This document shows, piece after piece, positions 12,128 through 26,491 of a stretch of 64,000 nucleotides of DNA; within the stretch, counting starts at the first letter, position 1; each line of letters starts with the position of its first letter. The DNA lies in NCBI GenBank assembly GCA_009103225.1, contig RHPI01002090.1, positions 480,652 through 544,651 of the forward strand. The letters run 5' to 3'. The notes below the pieces were generated by a model that saw nothing but the letters and a program-made list of their open reading frames with translations, was not told where the DNA came from and did no database searches. The stretch is from Chlorokybus atmophyticus. Its lineage: Eukaryota > Plantae > Mesostigma and Chlorokybus algae. Position numbers and translations under genes: made by a program.

Positions 12128-14295
12128 TAACGCGCGTGTGGGCAGTGCCCACTGGGCACTGTGGCAGGCTAGGTGGGCACCTACCCTGGTATCATTCAAC
12201 TCACGCATCATTCGCGAGTTGTCATGAATGCACGTGTACAGTGAATGGCGCCGCAGTAACGTCGTCGACGGTTCAGTCCCTAACCAACGTGTTTGCGCGT
12301 AAAGCATAAAGAGCGCAATTGGCGCGCGGCCAACGTGCCCGTCACCGCCTCCAATTGCAATCAAACAAGCGTGCGTGGGGCCATCGACGTTTGATTTGCC
12401 GAAACAGTTGAGGCCTAAGGAAACTTACCAGCTCTGACAGTAAGGGTAATCAAGCGTATGCTGATATGCGGTGATGCGGTCATGGCTATTCGCATACTCA
12501 TCTATCAAAGCCCCCCCCCCCCCCCCCCCCCNNNNNNNNNNNNNNNNNNNNNNNNNNNNNNNNNNNNNNNNNNNNNNNNNNNNNNNNNNNNNNNNNNNNN
12601 NNNNNNNNNNNNNNNNNNNNNNNNNNNNNNNNNNNNNNNNCCCCCCGCCCCCCATGCTTTTGCCCTACATGCATTCTGGCATTATCGTTTGCATTACGGT
12701 TGAATATTGTGGGTTCTTTGATGTACGATTTTGTGGCGAGCGATCCGTAGCGATCCATTTGTTATAAGTTGTTCAATACCATCCTATAATTGCATGTGAT
12801 GTATATTGATGTGTACAAGAGACTGTAAGAATAACAATGTCATTATACCCGGAGCCAACATTGAGAGCCTCCACAATCATACACAAAACGGTATTACACA
12901 TGAACACATGTACGTGTTATTGCCGAGTCGTCACAGCATGAGCATACACAGTTATTAACATGCACGTTACATTGTAATAAGGCACCCTCTTCAAATCGAA
13001 CTCATGCTTTGCGTGAAAGGTTTGGTGCTCGTTGTTTTATATAGGAGCAAGTGAAAAGAGTTACTCAACATGCAGTACTTACATGATAAAAAGTTGGAGT
13101 TGCATTAGAAGTTACCAAAATTTATCAACTGCGTGTGCTAATTCCGGAGCGCCACAACCAGTTAACAGAAAAACATTACGCCTCCTCTCATATTGCCTTT
13201 TTACACCATGATTACAGTGGTTGATGGATTTCGCCTTACCAGCAAAACTCAAATATGAGCTCACTCACAGCGGCCAAAGAGGAGACAAAAATGCAAAAAC
13301 ACATAATCGATTGAGTAGCAGAGCGACCAACAAATTCAAGCTAGTAAACTCCAATGTCACGTCGGTTGAATGGTTGGACATTCTGCGTGGACGTAATAAC
13401 CCGTACAGACTCCGACAAGCAATATGAGCTCACTGTGTTTGCGAGCTTCTACATTGCACAGTACAGACACAAACAAGCAAGAGATTTATAGCTTTTACAA
13501 ATTCCTTACACGCCTCATTGTATTTGTGACACGGACAAGCAAGCGGCGAATTCAAAGTTTTGAAAAACCAATATGGACATGTACATGCTCCAGCAGCGCC
13601 GCGGCTTTCCAAGCAAGTCACCAACCAATTGGCCCTCAATAATTTAAACCTTAAGATTGTTCATAATATGAGTGTCGTAAATTGGTGGAAATAATTTTAC
13701 AATTGTTATCTCATTTTATGAGATAACAATCGTAAGATCCATTAAGTCAATTGTCATGTTTTTTCATGCGGAACGTGCGAGGAAGCACGAGCTCCTTCTT
13801 GCAAGTTAGCCATCATATTTCGTTGATTCCATTGCAAAAATAAATTGTTATTACCACTTAATTGCATAAGTTGACGGAATAGAGCACACATTTCCCGCGT
13901 CGACTTTCCATTTTGCGCTACTTGATCATTCACCCATCGTATGTATGTATCATTAGTTGGGGCTTGGATATTGCCTTGAATCACACCGTTGTTTTAACAA
14001 CTTTCGGGCAGGCCCGTGGCTTGGCTTAACGAAAATGGATAATGTTACAGCAAGCCTTACGGTAAGGCTTGGCATTAAATTTGATACATTTTGCGAGTGG
14101 ATTAAGTAACTCTTGTACAAAACGCAACTTTATAGGACAAAATAGCAAGTCTGGAGACCATACACTGTAATTAAGACTGTACTACTTTATGATGAATATA
14201 AAGTGTGGTATGTGGTAGTATAAAGTATATATGAATAGATGTCGTTTTTTGGTAACATGTTCGAAAGCATTGTCACTAACCAAGGAAATAATTGT

Positions 14296-14396
14296 ATGTA
14301 TATATATACATATACATATATACGTATATATGTATATATGTACGTGTATATATATACGTATATATATACATATATATGTGTGTGTGTGTGTGTGTA
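14296..14396. repeat. Compound (TA)n/(TG)n microsatellite
   Basis: Seen directly. Confidence 0.95.
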
Positions 14397-15750
14397 CAGT
14401 TCAGCGCAAAAGCACTGCACTGAATAAGAGTGTAAGTTTACACTATGGATACAACATACAATGCAATATGTCCTCATAATAAAAAGCATCATTGCTTCAA
14501 CTAGCATTGTGACATGTATGAGCTTCCAATATGTGTAACTTTGTTGTCAGCTAAGCTTGATAGTGTAGATTTCAAAAATCACATCATAACATTCAGCCAA
14601 TTCGAGCGGCATATTCCATCAGCTACTTTTGACTTTGTTACGCTACCTTGACAATGGCGTAATTACTAACCTTATCAAGCTCAGTAACTGTGTTGCTAAA
14701 GCTGCAATGTTGCAATAGGCGCGAGTATGGCGAAATGCATAAGAGCGCAACATAACGGCCAATGCGGAGCATCAATGCGCAGCCTCTACACTCTCATGCA
14801 TGCCACAATCCTTCCATTATACTCTACCTGCTTGAGGGTCTGAGCTAGGCTACTACTCTACCTAACATCACAACTAGCTTTAAGTGTTGGCTATGTTCTT
14901 GAAAGCTTTGCCTTGGCTCCTGCCCAATTGAGTGCGTTTTTGTGCTTATTGCTGTGTGCTAGCTACTGTGCACATTCACTCCTGTTTGCACAGAGTGTGG
15001 TTTGCGCGACTTTTAAGTAGGTTATGTCATAGATTATGGCTTAGTATATGCTATGAACGCCACCAACATGAGCATGCGCAAGCCATCGACAACCATCACA
15101 CGATTACATACCTCATAGATCCCCGGGCTCAAGTAAGCTAGCCACCTAACTACTCCACCATTAACACCCCATTAATCATGCAAGGATGCAGCAACACTCA
15201 CCTGCCCACAGGCCTTTTCGTCAGTTTGCGCTGTCAACGCTTGCAACAGCGACAGCAACTCGACTTCGCCTCCCTCATCACCACCACACTCCATCCACCT
15301 CTACCATGTGTTAAGCTTAGCTTTTGCACCGCTGTTGTTTTTGCTGTAGATACCCTCAACCCTCCCCAGCTGGGCCCCTCACCTCCGCCTTTCCGTTAAC
15401 TTTCTACTACGGCAATTGTACAATAGTTTTGGTGTGCCTGTAGTCATAAAGACATGCAGTAATTTTGGGCAGATCTATCAAAATTGAGTTGGATTGCGCG
15501 CGACGTAGTCTCAAGCAACGCTAGTTGCAATCATAAGTGCGCAGCTCAATCCTGAGTTTGACAATTTATGCTGTCCACATTTCAACGCGCACATCTTACC
15601 AGAATGTCTCATATTGGGCGGTGGGTTTGCCATTAGAGTACACACCATGGGTGCACTTCTAACCATCACATAGTTGGAACAAAGTATTGAATTCATGCTT
15701 ACTTTAAAATGGCGTTGACCACATTACAATGGACGGGCGAGCTGGCAAGC

Positions 15751-17541
15751 TTATTTCTGCTTGTCAATAGACAGCACAACGCGGAAACGTGCGTCATTTG
15801 ACATCATTCTGGCATACGCCTGCTCCACCTGATCAAACTCATACACCTGCCACACAGGAGAAAGCTTAATCGCACATCATATGTTGGGAATGCCCATCGG
15901 CAACTCATGTTTGCTGGTGGATAAGCTTTACTCACTTCATTTGCAGGCCTGACGCCTGCCAACGCCGCAAATGCGAGAGTGTCCTCAATATCGCCGGCGT
16001 GGCCAGATGCATGCCCCACTACGCTGCGTCCGTTGCTGATGAGGAGGATTGGTGGCACTTGGATGGTGTCGTGGGAAGCACCCACCTGCGGGTGTCACAC
16101 ATGTACCTGATGTACAGCTCGTGCACAGCATGTCATTTGTGAATGCGCACATCTCGCCCTTACCACCACAAGTGAACCGTTGACGCCAAGGCCATACAAG
16201 ATATCCGTCATTGCTTCAGCGGACGTCACGGTGGTGATAATCACCGTTGCACCGCCCAGCTTCTGCAAACATTCAGAGTTCACATTCAAGCCGCGCAACG
16301 GAACGCATCAAACACCTGGTTGATGAGTTCGTGTAAGCCTTTTGCCAAACAGGAGGTGGATTCGCGCGCACCTGCAGCTCCTCAGCGGCGTTGACGGCAT
16401 TGGAGTCCAGGTACTCGTGTGCGCCAAGCTTGAGCGCAAGCTCACGCTTGGACTCACCGCGCGCTATGGCGATGGTGTGGAAGCCCATCGCGCGCGCAAA
16501 CTGCACGGCCAGGTGCCCCAATCCTCCGATGCCCTGCGCACACCAGCATGCAGGTAACAAACATGTTGTGTTGTGTGTCCCGTCACGTTACCCATGCAGA
16601 GTGGCCACAGACACAACAATGACAGCTGCACTCGCCTGCACAGCAACAAGGTCCCCGGCCTTGGCAGCACTCTTGCGCAGGGCGTTGTACACCGTCACCC
16701 CTGTGCGTGCGTGGTGTGTCATTGGGGCAAATCTCAGAGCCGCATGTTCAAATGAAGTCCCCCCTTTCTCACCCTTTCTACCCCTCTCTCACACACCTGC
16801 GCACATTAGCGGCGCAGCATCTTCAAATGACAGCTTGTCGGGAATGGGTGCAAGCGCGTCCTCCGACACCGTCACATACTCCGCGTACCTGGATCAGAAG
16901 CACTGCATTGCAATACTTGTACTGTGAGGGCATGACGGGTATGGCAGTATGAAATCCGGTGAGGGTGTGAGGCTTGTGGTTTGTTGCTCACCCGCCATCA
17001 AAGGTGATACCGGTGATGCCCAGGCCGAGGCAGTAGGTGAGGTTGCCGTTGCGGCACGGTTTGCACTCATGGCATATGGAACCGTACCACCCAACGCCAA
17101 CCCTGTCACCCTCCTTGAACGCCTTCACCCCTACAGGTTGGACAAATGCAGCGGTCACACCCCTTGATAGAACGTCCAATCATCATGCACACTCACACCC
17201 ACCCACCCACCTTCACCCACAGAGTGGATGACGCCGGCGATCTCGTGACCGGGAATGCGAGGGTGCGTGAGGCCCGGGAAGCCGGCTTCTTTGGTGAAAG
17301 AGTCAGAGTGGCAGACGCCGCATGCTTTGACTGCAATCACAACATGGCCTGCACCCAAAACAAGCACCCATGCATCCAGCATTCAGTCACATTGTCAAAT
17401 TCATGCATGAAGACACCACATGCAATGCACCACTCTACCGTGAGGAGGGGCCTCCAATTGCTTCTCAATTGGCTGAAACTTGGCCTTGAGCTCAGTCACT
17501 GTGTAGGCCTTGTAGGTTGCTGTAGCAGCGCTGGGCGCCAT
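15751..17541 (-). CDS. Zinc-dependent (MDR family) alcohol dehydrogenase, CAD-like/AdhP-like, ~9 exons
   Basis: MAPSAATATYKAY..; CGVCHSD; PGHE; GDRVGVGW..C..C..C..G....C structural Zn site; GGYAEY; AAPLMCAGVTVYNAL; QGIGGLGHLAVQFA; GHASGHAGDIEDTLAFAALAGVRP; last exon VYEFDQVEQAYARMMSNDARFRVVLSIDKQK* (TAA at 15753-15751). GT-AG sites keep the frame at the junctions checked. Confidence 0.93.
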
Positions 17542-17641
17542 TGCCACTCTGACGTGTTGTATACGGGGAATTTGTATACGGGGAGCTTAACGACGTCCCG
17601 GCAGCGATGATGTGACAACGGTTCTTGCGCTGACAAGGCTG

Positions 17642-18041
<400 letters not shown>

Positions 18042-19524
18042 TTTCAGAGTTCAGACATCAAACACAATCCACGGTGTAAAGAGATAGAAGTATACCCTTA
18101 GTGCTGCATGCAAACCAACTCCACCATGCATTGCTTGGGCACACCTGCGCAGAAGCGAGGGGACAGGGCAGCTTTCCAAGTGCTAGCGGATGCTGTGACG
18201 ACGACCACCACCACCGCCCAGCCACTGCCGCCTCTGCCTGCTGGAAGCACGGCTTGATTTGTTGACAAATACCACGCCAGCTGGAGCGAATTGATACTTC
18301 ACGTCACTTTGCTTTACGCTGTTCAGCCTGGCCAAGCCGTGGCAAAGCTATCGCTCAGTCAATGCGGCATGTACATCGACCAAAGAAAGTGTTTCTCCTC
18401 TACCGGCAGCACAAAGCGACGCAGCCTTGAGCGGCGAGTCGCTACCCTTTTCCTGTTTTTGGCCCCTTCAACACTGTCAAGCACAACATGTCGCCGACAT
18501 GATGTCGGTCCAAACGTGTTCCATCATGTGTGCATGACCTCTTCTAGGATGGGATCTAGCCTAAAAGTTTTAGGCCTACCACGGCACTTGACAGTGTCAA
18601 CTTGACGTGCATGCAAGTTCGACTCATTCAACTCAGAGAAGTTGGCATCAGGATTCATGAAGCAGCGCTCGGCTGGGGTAGCGTGAAACGCGCTTTTTGT
18701 CTCCAAGGACTAGGGTAGCTAGCTCAAGCAGGCAGGTTTATCTAGGTCACGTACCTGACTGTAGTCACAGGTTATCCTGACCAGACCGGAATCCCGACCG
18801 CAAGTGAATCAGGTTCTGATTGTAAGGGTGATCCCGAGATCCATGTATTACACGGGAATCCCAGATTCCTTTAACTCGCTTCACAGGGCACAGCACTGGC
18901 ACATGTACTGGGTAGGCAGCTGCCCGTGCGTAGTGTAGCACTACAAGCACTGTTCGCAATGCAAAGCCACTTGTAAAGCAACAAGATTCAAGTGCAACCA
19001 ACAACAGACGGTTGAGCTTGCAAGTTCCTGCTGTCAATTTCTACCAACAATCGCTGCCATGGCTGGTGCAGCTCTTGCATTGCGCGGATAATTGTTGAAC
19101 GACCCTGCAGTCAGCTGTGTACAATGAGGTTTAACACGCTTCTTCACCGTCATGTCCAATCTGAAGGCTGTTTGCAACACCATAACCCTGCACACTACCT
19201 GGGCTTACTGATATCATCAGCTCCACAGGACCCATATCACAAGCTGCTATCCACAACATGTGCAGGTTGTGCAGCTAGTGTCCAAGAGCACTCAAGTCGC
19301 ACTGCGCAGTTTGCAACTGGAGGCCACTACATTGCCTAGCGGTTGGTGAAATTGCGCCCCACTGCGGCAGGCCCCTGTCAGAACATCTCATGCTGCAGTA
19401 AACCACGCACCATCCTATGCGATACTCACAATGCCCACACCTGCGCGCACGCACTTACCAAAACAAAGCTGTAGATATGCTGGACCTTTGAACACACATG
19501 AGTACCGTAACCACAACTGGTAGG

Positions 19525-21298
19525 CTACGAGGGTTTCATCTGGAAGCCAAAGGAAAGTTTTTGCCTAGCATTGTTTTTACCAAGCAGCTTCATCTGCTGC
19601 TCCTTTGACATCAGCTCCTCTTCGCGCTTCTTCCTCAACGCCTCTTCTTTTTGCCGTTGCAATCGCTCCAGCTCGAAGTACCGCTCTTCCTCCTGCCGTG
19701 CCCTCTCTTCAGCAGCGCGCCGCTGCGCCTCAGCAACTTTCCGTTCATTCTCGGCGATCATACGCTCAAGCTCTTCCTGCTGTCGCTTGGCCTCTTCCTG
19801 TGTAGGTTTGCATGAACAGAATCAACCAACTGGCCATGTGCACTTGGAAGGTTGCACACTGAACTGAATGCACTGCTCTGCTGGCATGTAAGCAGTATGG
19901 AACATATCTAGCACAAGCACAGTTGTAGGCAGGTCAGGTGTCATAGACACTGGCGAAGGCCCAGAACTGAACACAACTGCACGAGGCATGCAAGAAGCCC
20001 ATACTCGCAACCACATTGTTTGAACGTGCACAAATTGCTGACCTCTTTCTGCTTTCTTTCGTCTATCAGCGCCTGCTTCTCCTGCGCCAAGATCTCGTCC
20101 ACCTCATGCAAGAGCCGCTTGCGGCCTATTTCAATGCGCCTGGCAACCTCTGCTTTAGTCTCAGCGGAGTTCAGCATTTCCTCAACTTGCTTCCGAATGG
20201 CCTCTTCCACTCGTAGTGCAGTTTCCTCTTCGATGAGCTTCTTTTCAAGCTCTGCTTTTCTTGTCTCCAAATCTTGCTTCCTAACAACAGGCAATCACCA
20301 CTTTGAATGACCATCAGGGGTGCTGTGCACTGCGCCAGGGTGTGGATGTGCACTTGGTTCACGTGTAAAACTGCTTGCTCTGATTGTATCTGTAAGCGCA
20401 AGACAGCTAGTATCACGCAAGTCTTCACACCAGTCACCTCAACTTGAAGCAAAGTGTCGGGCGCTTCTCAGCAAGTACTTCGCCTGGTACCAACGCCTTG
20501 GACTAGTGCACATGTGAACATGCACCGTCACAGTTGCTGTGGTGTGAATCTGATTGATTGGGTGTAGTGACAGTGGAGCATTCGGTTGTACCTCTTCTTG
20601 TCTAGCTCCTCCTCTTCAGCTCGCCGCCTCTGTTCCTGCGACTTGCTGCGCTCTTGCCTCAACAGTTCAGAGCCGATGCATGGGCTGCTCCTGCTTTTAT
20701 CTGCTCTTTCTTCTCTTCTACGCCGCCTGCGACAAAACGGTAGCTCAGCCATGGAGTAACGGGCTGTTCGTGCCAACAAGCTCATGCGTACCAAGCCGCC
20801 GTGCGTTGAGTGCATGCGCACCTGCAGTCTGCGCTCAAATAGGAGCCTTGCAACCATGACATTGTGCGTTGCATTTTGTGAAAGGGTGACTGAAAGGGTC
20901 AGGTGGGGACAAACCCCCCATCAGCAAAGTTGGGCGTCTGCATTGGGCAAGCAACGGGCCGTTACTGACAGTACACACACGATGTGCACTACCAAACAAG
21001 TGCAAGTCTGCTGCATTTTGCGCTCCGTGCACTTACGGCACGGCACTGCTAGGCTGAAACATCACGATATCAAGCGAGCAGGCCGAAGCTTGCTGCTTGC
21101 CAACAGACCTTGTTACGTTCAACCGTGCATTGCAGGCGCCACTGGCTACCTGGGCGGCGTGCGGCGGCGTCGGCTGCGGCTGCGACTTCGGCTTCTGCTG
21201 CGGCTGCGGCTGCGCCGAGAGCTGTCCCAATCTCGACGAAGATCCGGGGAGCGCGACCGCCTTCGCCTCACTGGCGATCTGGACGTTGACCTCGTCAT
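19525..21298 (-). CDS. ARGLU1: Arginine/glutamate-rich protein 1 homologue (RS-rich N-terminus, E/R coiled coil), multi-exon
   Basis: MTRSTSRSPVRRRRSRSP..; KLIEEETALRVEEAIRKQVEEMLNS..EVARRIEIGRKRL; ELERMIAENERKVAEAQRR..EERYFELERLQRQKEE; C-terminal KLLGKNNARQKLSF matches the family KIILGK..RPKLSF tail. Confidence 0.88.
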
Positions 21299-21640
21299 CG
21301 CGGCCACCAACCGCAGCGCCCGCCTCCTCGACGACAACGACGGCGACCTCAGCAACCAGTTCGCCGCCAAAACACCACTACACGGCGGGCTAGCAACAAG
21401 CAGAGCCAAACAGAATGGCTAATAGTGGCTTCTGCAGCCGAACCCAGGCTCTACTACTGGTGCTTAGCGGCGGCGAAGAAGCCACTTGCTTAGCCTTGAC
21501 ACCATGAGCATAACCACTAGCGATTATGCCGCAGCGAGACTCACTGGAAAACGCAAAGCTGCGGGCAGCGGCGGCGGTGGCGGCGGCGGGTTGAGTATAG
21601 GCGGGAGTTTTGCTTTGCGCGATTGCGGTAGGGAAGCAGG

Positions 21641-22194
21641 ATGATCTACGACGTGAACTCTCCGCTGTTCCGGTCGTTCCTGAGTTCTGGCGGCAGCAAG
21701 TAAGTGATGGTCGACTGAGTTTTCCGTCGGTTGTGGGGGTTGTTTTTGAAGGGATGTTGATTTTGGTTGCCACTGCCAAGCCTAGCACTTACAGAGTCAT
21801 GGCTGACCGGTCGTGCTGTTGGGCTCAAGTGTTCTTTCCAACTTTTTCAGCTGTTGCTCTCTCTTATCCGAGCTGCAGCTGTCACTCAGGGTCCTAGTCT
21901 CACCATTGACTAGCGTGCGAAGAAGCCGTGGTTTCTACTTTGCGCCAGCGCAGTTCAGCCTGAATTGCCCTTCAGGCTGAAATGCGCTGGTGCAAAATTC
22001 AGCTCCAAGGCAATTGCCTTGGATTGTGCTTGCACGTCGTGTGCAGTGGGTATGAAGGCGTGCCCTCTGCTGCTGCTGATTGCGCAATGTTGTTGTTCAT
22101 CTGATGTTGCAGGAAGAAGACTGTCGGAGACGAGCAGAAGCCCAGAGAACCCAAGGTGAAGGCCAGTGAGAACAAGCCAGTCTTCGCCGAGTGA
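21641..22194 (+). CDS. Wound-inducible basic protein family small protein (46 aa, 2 exons: 21641-21699, 22113-22194)
   Basis: MIYDVNSPLFRSFLSSGGSK|KKTVGDEQKPREPKVKASENKPVFAE*. Donor AA|gtaagt, acceptor ttgcag|G. Matches the plant consensus MIYDVNSPLFRSFLSQKGG...EQKPKEQRPKASENKPVMTE recalled for Pfam Wound_ind. Confidence 0.92.
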
Positions 22195-23365
22195 GGCGGG
22201 GTGGATGCAGCTCGATACAGGGTCTTTAGCAGAATGGTGAATGGCTTTATCCATCAAGCCCTTCGGCAGTTGACTGCAGCTTGTGGCCTGCGTGGTGTGT
22301 TCGCGATGAGCAGCTGAATAGTACGTTCCAAAACGCTTTACGTGAGCGTGTCTGCAGTCGTTTGGCATGCGCTGCGTTCAACATCATGTGTGTGAGGAGT
22401 GTCCTGGCGGGTGTTACCCTTGAAACATTGTCATTGCGCGTGGTTGAGGAGTGTTGCAGGGACAAAACACAAAGGGATTGCGGTTTGTTAGGGTAATGTG
22501 ACCTTTAACGGTTTGGGCATCAGCATTCCTAGACAGCCGACACTCACAAGCTCTGTCAATGTTTGAACACGATTTGTCAGGAGAGATGCAGCGCAGCACA
22601 CAACAAAGCAACTCATTGACTCTTCAGAAGCTTGCCCTTCATCCACAAGCACCCTGCCTCATGCAGCAAGCATATAGCCCCTGCCTCACGCAGCTATATG
22701 CTTGCTGGCCCCCCTGTTACTGCTTTTGCATTTTTTGCTCTGCGCGAAAGTCTAGAGCATGTAATTATAGCGCACAGTTTAAGATTGCCTCAATACGTTG
22801 TCCAATTTCCACAGGAGCGCATTGTGTACAGAAAGCTCGAGGGACATTGTGATTGCTTCGATTTGCATGTGTCGATTGCGACTTTATGTTATCGCTATGG
22901 GTTGCACACTACCAGACAGTGTGGGTTCCCATTCGAATAAAGCGTTTGTCATGGAAATGCAGCAAATGCAAGTCAAGTTTTGCGCACATTTACACCGATG
23001 TCACTCGTACTAAGAGCATCGTGCAATTCTGCCTGTAGTTGCAGCTGCCATTGTAGCGTTGATGGACTTTTTTGTTATCTCTTTGTGTTTGTTGTAAACT
23101 AAATCGCTTCTGGTGATCCACACAGTAGCATCAGTGCATGTAGCCTGTGGTTTGGTTTGTGCAGAGTGGAGTTTGCACAAACCAATTGGAATGCCTGGCT
23201 GCATGCTATGGAACAATGGACGTGAAGCCAAAAGGTGAGGCCAAGGCGACTAACAAAAAGCATGTGGCACATTTATCCGGGCATCCACTATGGCAGCAAC
23301 CGCACAAAGTTCCAAAATGATGGGGGCTACCTACAGCATGCTCAATGTTGAGTACACGAAAGCGC

Positions 23366-25294
23366 TCAACCAGAGGAGTTGTAGTACTGGCCAGAAGCCC
23401 CTGAGTAACCACTCGGCAAACCGGCTGCGCCAGTGGCACCTGTCGCCTGCTGTGCTGCTGCCAGCATCTGCGCATACTGCTGGTACTGCTGCTGGTACTG
23501 CTGCTGCAACTGCTGCGTTGGCTGCGCTGGCTGTGGACCAGAGTACTGCTGAGCACCTGCTTGAGGATATGCAGCTGCGTAGTTGTATGTAGATGGCACC
23601 CCGTACTGGGACAGCACGGAAGTAGTGGGAGTAGTTGCCTTCTTTTCGCCTGAAGCGGCCAGATTGCAGTGACAGACTCGTCCCTGGGCAACAACATACA
23701 CAATGAGATGCTGCTGGCATTGCAGAAAGGCAGTGAACGCACACCACTCTCACGCCAGAGACAACCATACATCAATTGTCTTGTTTGGCTCCACAAGCGC
23801 CTTCTTAGCACCTTCAACAGTCCTGAATGTAACAAAGCCAAATCCCCTGCACGCCACACCGCAGACACATGACCACCAACACATGTGTGCACACAGACAA
23901 ACAAACCATAAACCACCATTCTCTCAGAAAACATATGAGACTTGGTGACACAGCCAAAGAAGGTGAGGAACAACCACAACAGTCATCGAAACCACGATGA
24001 CTCTATCCTGGAAGCATGCAGCATCATTCATTGTCAAAACGGGCACCTTGACTTGTTCGTGTTCTTGTCCGTGATCACGCTGGCTTCCTCCAGATCTCCA
24101 AATTGGCTGAAGACAGCATGCAAAGTATCGGACATTGTGTCATACGACAGTCCTCCAACATACAGCTTTCGCAGGGACGACGTTTCTTGAATGCCTCCCG
24201 AGGAAGGAGTTATGCCTAATGCCTGGTTGCCAGCAGCTGCAAGATTGCAGGTTATGTATCGCCCCTGTGTATCATTTCAATGTGTGAGCTTTCACACATG
24301 GCTGCGGCCTGAAGCTGCCTGAGGTTAAGAGCTGAAGTTATAAAGCATGCAAAAGCGATGCCAATGAGTGTTTGCTGCAAATTCGGAAGCTTACATCCAG
24401 CGACTTCTGTGGTTGTCCCAAAGCTCGCCTCGCAGAGTCCATGTGCTTGTAAGTAATGAACCCATACCCCTTCGACTTTCCAGTAGTCTTGTCTTGGATG
24501 ACAGAGCCCTCTTCAATCTCCCCATACTCGCAAAACAACTGGAAACAAGCTAGTATGAGACCATCAATAACAACCAGTGTACTACTGTATGGTAAGTGCA
24601 ACAGCTTATGGTCGGTGTCATTACCAAACCAGAAACAACCACTGAGCCAAAGAGCGGAACCTTTCCCGTGTGAAGGTCACATGCAACAGTGCAGCAAGCT
24701 CACAGTGCAGCAGCGCACTCTTACTTGCAGAAGTGCATCCGTTGTGGTTTCCCATGCAAGGCCTCGCACAAACAGTTTGCGATGAGCGGGATCCTTGTTT
24801 GCATTGTCACGCACCATGTCTTGCACAAACGCAACCCTTGAACCTCTGCACACCCGGAAACCATGAGACACTCCACTCCGCAGCACATGCATCGATGCAC
24901 AGGAATGTCATGACTGCTCCTCCTCCGTGGTGCAGTGAATTGCATAAATGTAGAGATGTTCATGCAAATAACCGAGACACGGTGCTCTGCAGGCTGCGGT
25001 TGTAACCGCTCAACAAGGTATCACACATCTTGCTTGGGTGCAAAGCTGTTATGCATCAAGCAGACAACAACGGGACAATACTTACGCTTCCGCCAGCATG
25101 TCCACCAACTGGTCCTTGTTGAAAGGTTCGAGCATTTCCTTCAACTCGGTCTTGGAAAGCAGAAGACCGTTGGGGTTGGCAGCACCACCGCTGCCACCGT
25201 TAAGTGACTCAGCCATACCGGAACCCAGAGCCTCGCCGTCGTTCAGCTTGCGTTTCTTATCAGCATCAACTGGCATCCCATACAGCCCCTCCAT
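23366..25294 (-). CDS. UBA2: UBP1-associated protein 2-like hnRNP (two RRMs, Q/Y/A-rich tail), multi-exon (not the SUMO E1 subunit of the same name)
   Basis: ELKEMLEPFNKDQLVDMLAEA; DPAHRKLFVRGLAWETTTDALLQ; FCEYGEIEEGSVIQDKTTGKSKGYGFITYKHMDSARRAL..P.K; second RRM RKLYVGGLSYDT..FSQFGDLEEASVITDK; low-complexity tail QQYQQQYQQYAQM. Confidence 0.85.
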
Positions 25295-25328
25295 CGCCGC
25301 CGCCGCCCGGGCGGCGTCCAAGCCCTTA

Positions 25329-25337
25329 AAACCCTAA
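25329..25337 (+). promoter_or_regulatory. Telo-box (AAACCCTAA) ~35 bp upstream of the UBA2-like ATG
   Basis: Exact 9-mer at a position typical for plant RNA-processing/translation genes; a single short match. Confidence 0.4.
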
Positions 25338-26376
25338 CCAGCCCAAACTCTGTTTGCTCCCCAACTCAACTTTCTACAAACCTCCTAAACCGTACTCCTG
25401 CGTGTGGTTGCTCAAGAAGACGCCAATACAAGGCCCTCACGCATGCCGACCCCTCCGCTCGCTGTGATGACCACGCCGTCGCCGGCAAGCCCGCCGCCGC
25501 CCTCACTGGGAGCTTACCTCCTTTATGACCTGAGCGCTTGGGTCGTTGTGTACGCCGACGTCGGGTGTGACCCTAATCAACGCTCTTGAAAGACTCTGGG
25601 TCCAACGCTTCATTGCCAATTTCAGCGGAGAAGTATGAGACTTTGTCTTACTCTCGAGTACACAAGATTGAAGCTCGCAAGCATAAGCCTACGCAACACA
25701 AATGTGTTCTGCAATGGTGTCGTGTGGCTTGTCTGTATGCCTTCAGTAAAATATATACAGTATACTCTTGAGCATAGGACAAGCACATGCTGTTAACTGC
25801 GTGCCAGAGCTCGAGTGGCTGTAAAGAACGTTCGTGAACAACGCTGCTGTTACGTACTGTACAGATGTTGACCTTAACACTTGTTGATCTTAACACTTGC
25901 ATGCTTGTATGATAAACGAGCAAGCCGAGTGGAGTAGCACAAGTGGCATATGTAGCATAGCCCGGTGGTAAATGTGGTGTTGTATGTGCTTGTGCAATAC
26001 AAACCATGCATCGTGATGCTTGACACACATCCCATGCATGTGGCGTATGCAGCATGCCATCTTTGTACACACACAACATGGCATGTGTTGTATTTGCTTT
26101 GCCACATGCGACATAACGCTTACACGCATATGCACCATATTCGACAAATGTCAATCAACACCACTCTGACTTTAATAAGCACTCCCGTCTCCCAATCACA
26201 TTATTATCAGTTCAATATAAACGGCGTATGCATTATCAGAACCATTTTATATTATTATGAACTTGTGTATGATGCGAACTCTGAATGACAAAATCCTTAC
26301 TGTATTTCGACACCCCTCCCCCCCCTCTATTACAACAAACCCCATTGATACTCGAAGGGGGGGGGGGGGGGGGGGN

Positions 26377-26491
<115 letters not shown>

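Noticed and set aside
18560-18800. tRNA or tRNA-derived SINE (GTTCGACTC at ~18617, TAGCTCAAG at ~18720)
   Set aside because: Boxes are in the wrong order and no cloverleaf can be folded.
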